Source of the DNA: Deltaproteobacteria bacterium
Lineage (GTDB): Bacteria; Myxococcota_A; UBA9160; SMWR01
Reading direction: 5' to 3'
Length of the DNA: 27,439 nt
Assembly (NCBI GenBank): GCA_032128115.1
Contig: JAQBHB010000011.1
Span: forward strand, 1-27,439
Below are positions 18,101-23,693 of this stretch, piece by piece (the stretch's first letter is position 1; each line of letters opens with the position of its first letter). The notes below the pieces were generated by a model. The model was not told where the DNA came from, searched no databases, and was given only the letters and a program-made list of their open reading frames with translations. Position numbers and translations under genes: made by a program.

Positions 18101-18273
18101 AAGATCTCGAGGCGGCCGTCGGGCGTGTTGGTGACGAACAGGCGACTTCCGTCCGGCGACATCGCCACCGGCCGCGCCGGGACCGTTTCGAAGTTCAGAT
18201 AGGAGTCGAGCGCAGCTACCGGCGTGGGCGCCAGCAAGAGCAGGACGGCGGCAGCGATTGCAAGGGCCTGCAC
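15163..18273 (-). CDS. Secreted YncE/YVTN-like beta-propeller + diheme cytochrome c protein with Asp/Cys-rich repeats and C-terminal TM sorting-like tail (paralog A)
   Basis: 1036 aa with signal peptide. Propeller motifs (LFVTNTPDGRLEIF, VPVGIDP, VWVVNHVSDSVSIVD), CGSCH (16660-16674), CIGCH (16198-16212), HWRGD, KIPHLRN and DxDxDG/DNCP repeats. Ends SCGLGFELALLLPLLVWMRGRARTRHST. GGAG upstream of the GTG start. Confidence 0.85.
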   Translation of the reverse strand: MQALAIAAAVLLLLAPTPVAALDSYLNFETVPARPVAMSPDGSRLFVTNTPDGRLEIFDSNGGDPIHLASVPVGIDPVAVNARTNDEVWVVNHVSDSVSIVDVGASPPRVVRTLLVGDEPWDVVFGGFRANPNDPFPRAFVSAARRGQNHPEDPDAELKTDGVGRADVWVFDAANLGTTLGGTPETILRFFGTKPRNLAVSPDGATVYVGIFHSGNQTAVVNSGGVCDGGDSRGPCTLNATGPSDPEPVGEPGEGFPFPILPGGVPAPNEDAIGNPAPEVGLVVKYDEASDEWQDVLGRNWNGAIPFLLPDLDVFAVDALATPPVETAAFAAVGTILYGMAVHPSGRVYVSNTEARNEFRFEGDGVGDPTVRGRLHQARISVLEAPNSVSPRHLNKHIDYDLFPVPAGTADKSLALPQGLGFSDDGLTLYVAALGSSKLGIFDVAELDADTFVPDAADHIEISGGGPAGLAVDAANDRLYVYTRFENQLSVVDLVSAQEVDILALPNPEPAVVRDGRRFLYDARLASSNGEASCGSCHVFGDKDDLAWNLGNPLGVEVANPNPFQFNAVIPKVFHPLKGPMTTQTYRGMDRNGPMHWRGDQTGINDPMSGDPFDEIAAFKQFNPAFGGVLGRNAGPIADADMQAFAEFALTILPPPNPHRALDEADTAALALGRDTYTNVIVSGQGKCIGCHALDRSLGRFGSNGNTVFDAGPQHNKIPHLRNVYDKAGAFGLTFYNSQGNSGTDLGDQVSGVGLCTDGTCGNVVNFLSIGFTFPGGPAQRSAVEDFVLNFPTNLATIVGQQVTLTAASGSDVNDRITLMRTLALADFSMAEHPGAKHCELAVKGNLAGTARGWLLDAVTGDYRSDVAVEADRTDAQLRALATTAGQELTFTCVPPGSGQRLALDRDEDAALDGDDNCPALANPTQQDTTPGGPGDACDPAIPVCRNGIDDDGDGMIDDGLDPGCRNADWHTESPQCDDGIDNDQDGRTDTADPQCGNAWQTSESVKRSCGLGFELALLLPLLVWMRGRARTRHST

Positions 18274-18385
18274 CAGCGACTCTCCAACTCCTCGATTCCC
18301 CAGGCATCGTACACACTTACAACGATCGAGTACACCGGCAGGCGGGGAGAGGGCCGCCTTCTGCCTTTTCGTTCCGAACGCGGAC

Positions 18386-20362
18386 TTAGGGTGTCCGGTT
18401 GCCGGTGGTGGCGTCGATTCGCTCCAGGATGCGGTAGTCCCCGATCTGCTCGGCCGGTGCGTAGTGCGTGCGCAGGTAGCGGGCGATCTCGGGGAACGCG
18501 CGCTCGAAGTCGACCCGGAAGCGAGAAGGGGCCTCTTCGACGGCCCGCTCGACGATCAGGGGGCGGTAATGCTCCAGGGTCCGGATGGCGTCGGCCTGGG
18601 ACAGGAGTTCGCGCGCATCGCTGGGGCTTACGATGCCCGCCCCCCGCAGGTACAGCACATATTCCTGCTTCTCGAGCGCCGAGCGACGGCCCGCCAGGAA
18701 GTAGAGCTGGTGCTCGCCGGTGGTGATGAGCAGGCGCCGGTCGGGCGGAGTGTGGGTCGCGAGGTAGTCCACCAGTCGCCCCATGTCGGCCGTCTGGGGG
18801 TTCGGGTCGGAGATGCCCGAGGCGCGCTGGAAGTACGCGTCGGCCCGGGTACCCAGGCGCATCGCGGCCAGGGCGTGGACGCAGGGAATCGAGAGCAGCA
18901 GGACCACCACCACCAGGGCTGCGCGCGCTGCGAGGGGCGCCGGCGAGGGGAAGCGGCCCAGATAGCGCGACATCAGGTGGGCCAGCAGGGGCAGGAACGC
19001 GGGAAGGGCCATCAACACGTGCCAGAGATCGCCGGCGGGGTACAGCAGGAAGAGGCTCGCGATCGCCAGGAACGCGAACAGAGCGGCCGGACGCTCGTCG
19101 TGAGGGGGCGCCGTCGATCGCGCGCGGGATGCGGGCAGCAGTACCCAGGCGAAACCGGCCCACGTCACGGCGAAGGGAAACGCGAACCAGAGCTGTGCGA
19201 AGTCGCGGTACCAGCGCGAGCCGCTGGCGTGGGAGGGGTTGGGTTCGGCCGCCACCAGGTCGGCCGCGAACACCCAGCCTCCCATGGCGACCCCCAGCGC
19301 AGCGAGCGCGCTGATCGGAATGCGCCAGGGTCGTCGCGCGCTCCACGCAAAGACGCTGGCAAGGCTCGCGGCCAGCGCCGCCATCCACAGCAGGGCCCGG
19401 GGCTGTAATCTGGGTAGCGGTACGCGCCACGCGACTTCCTGGGGAAGGCCGGCGACGGTGTTGAAGACAAGCTCGCCCAGGAGCCCCCGGGCGGCGTAAT
19501 CAACCGCATAGATCGCGAGCGGCAGCGCCAGGCCGACTCCACACCAGACGATGCGCTCGACGCCGGCGCGCGCTGCACCGGGCGCGAAGCCAGCGCGAAT
19601 CTCGCGCAGCGCGAGCACGGCGCTGATGGCCAGCGTCGACGAGAGCAGGGCCACCAGGTCGTAGGCCTGATTGCGGGGCCACACGTAGACCCAGAGGATG
19701 CCCACGCACCCCAGCAGCGTGGCCATGCGCAGGGTTCGCGCACCGGCGTCGCGCGACGCCGGCTCGCTGCGCGCCGATGACAGCCTGGGCAACGTGTCGT
19801 GCAGCGAGAACAGGGCGAACGCCACGAAGGCGAACAGCCCGCTGGTCTGCTTGAAGCTCGCTGCCAGTCCGAAGCACAGCCCGGCTGCGAAGGCACCGAG
19901 CCCCGGCCGGGCGGGCAGCGCCAGCCAGGCCAGCAGGCCCGCCAGGGTGGCCGTCATGGCGTAGTGGTTGGAGTAAGGGGTGTTGAACGCCCACCAAGGG
20001 GCTCCCCAGACCAGGATCAGAAATCCACTGGCCAGCAGCGCCGGGAGTGTCGTGGCCACGCGGCGGGCGCACAGGAACACCAGCAGCGCGGTGCACGCCT
20101 TGATCAGCACCAGGGACGCGCGAATCACCAACAGGTCTTCGCCGAAGATCTGGAACAGCGCCCCGTTGAAGAGGAAGACCGAGGGGCCGTACAGCTGCTG
20201 GAAGTCCCGGTAGGGCCGGGCACCCAGGGCCACGAGCCAGCTGGGATAGACGATCTGCCCCTCGTCGATCCATTCCAGGGTGAGTGTGATCCCCAGCGAG
20301 AACCAGGCGGCGGCACCCAACAGGACGAGAACGGGAAGCGCCCGGGCCACTCTCGCGTTCAC
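18386..20362 (-). CDS. GT-C-type (ArnT/PMT-like) membrane glycosyltransferase (~658 aa)
   Basis: Start GTG 20362 overlaps the upstream TGA. TM1 is followed by WIDEGQIVY and GARPYRDFQQLYGP, then FKQTSG, many TMs and a C-terminal soluble domain (LYFLAGRRS). Same layout as 7401..9032. Confidence 0.72.
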   Translation of the reverse strand: MNARVARALPVLVLLGAAAWFSLGITLTLEWIDEGQIVYPSWLVALGARPYRDFQQLYGPSVFLFNGALFQIFGEDLLVIRASLVLIKACTALLVFLCARRVATTLPALLASGFLILVWGAPWWAFNTPYSNHYAMTATLAGLLAWLALPARPGLGAFAAGLCFGLAASFKQTSGLFAFVAFALFSLHDTLPRLSSARSEPASRDAGARTLRMATLLGCVGILWVYVWPRNQAYDLVALLSSTLAISAVLALREIRAGFAPGAARAGVERIVWCGVGLALPLAIYAVDYAARGLLGELVFNTVAGLPQEVAWRVPLPRLQPRALLWMAALAASLASVFAWSARRPWRIPISALAALGVAMGGWVFAADLVAAEPNPSHASGSRWYRDFAQLWFAFPFAVTWAGFAWVLLPASRARSTAPPHDERPAALFAFLAIASLFLLYPAGDLWHVLMALPAFLPLLAHLMSRYLGRFPSPAPLAARAALVVVVLLLSIPCVHALAAMRLGTRADAYFQRASGISDPNPQTADMGRLVDYLATHTPPDRRLLITTGEHQLYFLAGRRSALEKQEYVLYLRGAGIVSPSDARELLSQADAIRTLEHYRPLIVERAVEEAPSRFRVDFERAFPEIARYLRTHYAPAEQIGDYRILERIDATTGNRTP

Positions 20363-21201
20363 GCGAGATCCGGGAGGCCGGGTTTCGTGGCGACGATGAT
20401 GAATCGCCATGAGAAGGGCCTGGCCAGGCGGCGCAGCCACGGGATCGACTCGACCCAGCGCTCTGCGGCCAGCAGCCCGCGCATGAAACGCAGGCTGCGT
20501 GTGAAGGGAGAGCCCGCGTAGCAGCCCGTGAAGGGATACGCCAGGAAGTCCGATCGGTGTTCGCGTATTTCCATGCCCTGGGCGCGCAGCTCGCTGCGGA
20601 TGACGTCGACGGAGAAGTCGCGCTTGTAGCGGATGTCGATAGGCGACTCGAAATGCACCGCCCTGCGGCGGAGGATCGGATCGAGGATTCTGTGGGCCGC
20701 CTGACTGAAGCGTGAACTCACCGGCTCGAGCAGGATCAGCGATCCCCCTGGTGCCAGCACGCGAAGCGCCTCGCGAAGCGCCCCTGGGTAGTCGATGCAG
20801 TGGTGGAGCGACCCGTTGAACACCAGGTAGGCGGCACTGGCGTCGCGAAATGGCAGGTGCTCGCCTTCGCCCTGAACGCCGTCGAGCCCGGTCGTGGTCA
20901 GGCTCTGGACCGCGCGGGAGAGGTCAAGGCCGATCAGGGTCCGCACGCCGGCGGTGTGTTCCCGCATCCGGCGCAGCAGGTGGCCTTTTCCGCAGCCGAC
21001 CTCGATCACGGGGCCCGGGTGCGCAGGATCCAGGCACTCGATGATGCGATCGAACTGGCGGTAGTAGACGTCCGCCGATCCCGGCTCCTGGAAGGGCATG
21101 TCCAGCAGTTCGTAGCCCACTTCGTTCTGCCACTGGCGCTCGAGTCGGCGGTATTGCTCGGCCTCCTCGTCCGCGGAATCGTGCCGGGTCGTCTCACTCA
21201 A
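20359..21201 (-). CDS. Class I SAM-dependent methyltransferase
   Basis: 280 aa. Motif I VIEVGCGKG, then LIGLDLS, GEGEHLPFRDAS, LHH and LREALRVLAPGG. Confidence 0.9.
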   Translation of the reverse strand: MSETTRHDSADEEAEQYRRLERQWQNEVGYELLDMPFQEPGSADVYYRQFDRIIECLDPAHPGPVIEVGCGKGHLLRRMREHTAGVRTLIGLDLSRAVQSLTTTGLDGVQGEGEHLPFRDASAAYLVFNGSLHHCIDYPGALREALRVLAPGGSLILLEPVSSRFSQAAHRILDPILRRRAVHFESPIDIRYKRDFSVDVIRSELRAQGMEIREHRSDFLAYPFTGCYAGSPFTRSLRFMRGLLAAERWVESIPWLRRLARPFSWRFIIVATKPGLPDLA

Positions 21202-21204
21202 GGG

Positions 21205-22689
21205 TCAGTCGCCGCGGGTGGCCCAGCGTTCGGCGATCGGGTCCGCGAGTCGGCGGCGGATCATCAACCACACGATGCGCGCGAAGGTGGCGAAGCTCTG
21301 GTACTTGCCGCGCACGTAGTCGTATTCCAGATCCCGGTTGTAGTAGTTCACCGGGATCTCGACGATGCGTCTTCGGGAGCGCAGCACCTCGATCACCATT
21401 TCGGGAAACACCTCGACCCCGGGAGAGGTCAGGTTGTCGCGGATCGTCTCGTAGGTGGAGCGCCAGAGCCCGCGGTAGACGCAGCAGATATCCGTGAAGC
21501 GCGAGTCGAATCGCCACCACAACACCTGCAGCAGCTTGGCCAGCAGGATGTGGGCGGTGCGCACGAGGCCCCGCATGTTGGTGCCCTGCTCGATCATCTG
21601 ACGGGTGGTGCGGGTGCCCACCACCATGTCGGCGTCGCGCAGGTACACCAGGAACTTCAGAACGTCGCGCGGCGCGAAGGTGTCATCGCTGTACGACATG
21701 AGCAGGATGTCGCCCCGGGCGGTGTCGAGTCCAAGCTTGACCAGGGCCGAAATGTTCTCGTCGGGTCGCTCGGCCGTCACCAGCGTGACCGAAGGATCGC
21801 GGGCCACCTGTTCCAGGGCTTTCGAGGAGTGGCGAGCCACGGCGATCACCTCGTCGATTTCGGGCTGTTCGGCGAAGCGCGCCACCGGTCCGGCGGCGGC
21901 CTCCTCTTCGCCGTCGATCACGTAGACGAGGCTCACCTTGCGCGACTCGAAGTCGCGGTCGCGCACCAGGAAGTTCGCGTAGTTGAGATCGTCCCGGGAG
22001 TTGACGTTGACGTAGCGACCCTCGAGCTCGAAGGGCAGCATCGGCTCGCCAGCGCGGGCAAGCCCGCCCAGCCACGTGGTCCAGTCGGCCGGTCCGTGTT
22101 CGGGCCCCTGGGCGTAGGCCTCCCCCAGCCGCTTGAACAGGTCCGGGTGCACCAGATAGGTCCCAGTGCCCATCCAGGGCCCCTCCACCTGGGTGGGCTT
22201 TTCCACCAGGTCGACGATGCGGCCGTCGCGGGTGCGCGCCACGTAGTTCTTCTTGATGTGCTTCTTGTACTCGCTGCGGATCAGCGAGCAGGTGACCAGG
22301 GCCGACTGGTAGGGGGAGTTCAGCAGGTCGGCGTGGTTCGAGCCCACATAACACTCGTCGGCCAGGATCACGCAGCAGAAGCCTTCGATGTCGCGGCTGC
22401 CCAGATAGACCGAGTAGGCCAGCTCCAGGTCGACCCGGGGGTTCTGGATGTAGCTGATGCGCACGCCGAGGTCGGAGCCGTCGCCCAGGCTGCGCCGGAT
22501 GATGTCGCCCTGGTACCCCACCACGATCCGGATGTCGCGAATCCCAAGCTGGTCGCGCATGAGCTCCACGTTGCGGTGCAGGATGGGCTGCCCGTCCAGG
22601 TGGAGCATCGACTTGGGGACCTTCTCGGTGTACGGATAGGCTCGCACCCCTTTCCCCGCGGCGGGAATCAGGCCGATCAGGTCGGGCAC
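21205..22689 (-). CDS. Sugar-phosphate nucleotidyltransferase fused to a degenerate GT2 domain
   Basis: N-half has GLIPAAGKGVR, VPKSML, LGDGSDLGVRISYI, VEKP and VNVNSRDDL. C-half is GT2/DPM-like: GLDTARGDIL, DMVVGTR, FTD and IVEIPVNY. Confidence 0.82.
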   Translation of the reverse strand: MPDLIGLIPAAGKGVRAYPYTEKVPKSMLHLDGQPILHRNVELMRDQLGIRDIRIVVGYQGDIIRRSLGDGSDLGVRISYIQNPRVDLELAYSVYLGSRDIEGFCCVILADECYVGSNHADLLNSPYQSALVTCSLIRSEYKKHIKKNYVARTRDGRIVDLVEKPTQVEGPWMGTGTYLVHPDLFKRLGEAYAQGPEHGPADWTTWLGGLARAGEPMLPFELEGRYVNVNSRDDLNYANFLVRDRDFESRKVSLVYVIDGEEEAAAGPVARFAEQPEIDEVIAVARHSSKALEQVARDPSVTLVTAERPDENISALVKLGLDTARGDILLMSYSDDTFAPRDVLKFLVYLRDADMVVGTRTTRQMIEQGTNMRGLVRTAHILLAKLLQVLWWRFDSRFTDICCVYRGLWRSTYETIRDNLTSPGVEVFPEMVIEVLRSRRRIVEIPVNYYNRDLEYDYVRGKYQSFATFARIVWLMIRRRLADPIAERWATRGD

Positions 22690-22694
22690 GATTG

Positions 22695-22703
22695 GGAGAC
22701 TCC
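22695..22703. promoter_or_regulatory. Palindromic GGAG-A-CTCC giving a Shine-Dalgarno-like GGAG on both strands between divergent genes
   Basis: GGAG lies 5 nt before GTG 22704 (+) and 10 nt before GTG 22689 (-). Confidence 0.5.
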
Positions 22704-23381
22704 GTGGCAGCGACGATCGACATCGTGGTTCCCGTCTACAACGAAGAGGCCGTGGTCACGGAGCTGGTGGAGCGCCTGGGGCGCGCCTGTCCCGATGCGA
22801 AGCTGTTCTTCGTGGACAACGCCTCCACGGATCGGACCGTCGAGATCCTGGAACGCCTGGAGGCCGGGACCCTGATCTGCCACGGGTCGAACCTGGGTTA
22901 CGGCCAGTCGCTTCGCGACGGGATCGCCGCCGGCAAGGGCGAGTTCATCGTGATGATCGACGCTGACCTGGAGTACCACCCGGAGGACATCCCGGCCCTG
23001 GTGGAGGCGCTCGAGCGCCACCGTGCCGTCTACGGATCGCGCTGGCGGAAGACACCGGCGCCCCTGGTGCCGTGGCTGCGGCGACTGGGCAATCGTCTCG
23101 TGAGCGGCCTGTTCAACCGGCTCTTCCGCCAGGAGGTGAGCGACCTGTACACGGGTATCCGCGCCGTGCGCCGCAGCGCCCTGCCGCCGCGCCTTAACCG
23201 GGCCGGCTTCGAGTACGTGCTGGAGCTGGCCGCCGCCCTGGCCCGGTCGGGCGTTCCGATCGGAGAGGTGCCGGTGGGGTATACGCCGCGGACGCAGGGT
23301 CAATCGAAGATGCGGCATGTTCCGGAGTTTCTCAAATTCGCCTGGTGTCTGGTGCGCTTCCGGATGTCCCGTCACCGCTAG
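22704..23381 (+). CDS. Glycosyltransferase family 2 (polyprenol-phosphate glycosyltransferase/DPM1-like)
   Basis: IVVPVYNEE, VDNASTDRT, NLGYG, DXD motif IDADLEY, VYGSR and IGEVPVGY. Start GTG 22704 is preferred over TTG 22692 because of the RBS. Confidence 0.92.
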   Translation: MAATIDIVVPVYNEEAVVTELVERLGRACPDAKLFFVDNASTDRTVEILERLEAGTLICHGSNLGYGQSLRDGIAAGKGEFIVMIDADLEYHPEDIPALVEALERHRAVYGSRWRKTPAPLVPWLRRLGNRLVSGLFNRLFRQEVSDLYTGIRAVRRSALPPRLNRAGFEYVLELAAALARSGVPIGEVPVGYTPRTQGQSKMRHVPEFLKFAWCLVRFRMSRHR

Positions 23382-23680
23382 GGAAACCGGGCCCGAAGGT
23401 ACGCCACCAGCTGGCGACGCTCCGGCTCCGACAGGTCGAAGTCAGGCATGGGGGGCACGGGCGCTTCCAGCACGGCCATCAGCTCGCTCTCGCTGTAGCG
23501 ATTGGCGAGGCCGCCCAGGGGAACCACCAGCATCCCCGGAATCGCTGCGGTCTCATGGCAGCCGGCGCACTCGTTTCGTTCGTAGAGAACGCGCCCGGCG
23601 TCCGCGTCGCCGGAGTCGGCGCTGGCGGGCAGCGACGCCAGGGCCAGGACCACGAGGACAGCCGCAGCGGAGGCTCTCAA
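23378..23680 (-). CDS. Small monoheme class I cytochrome c, secreted
   Basis: 100 aa. Signal peptide ends ASA; GDADAGRVLY, CAGCH, PPMP (distal Met) and LVAYL. Lies 13 nt downstream of paralog B on the same strand. Confidence 0.88.
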   Translation of the reverse strand: MRASAAAVLVVLALASLPASADSGDADAGRVLYERNECAGCHETAAIPGMLVVPLGGLANRYSESELMAVLEAPVPPMPDFDLSEPERRQLVAYLRARFP

Positions 23681-23693
23681 CGCTGGGTCGCGC

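Noticed and set aside
15163..23381. Convergent stop-codon overlaps (15163-15175 and 23378-23381)
   Set aside because: Short tail-to-tail overlaps are common in compact GC-rich genomes.
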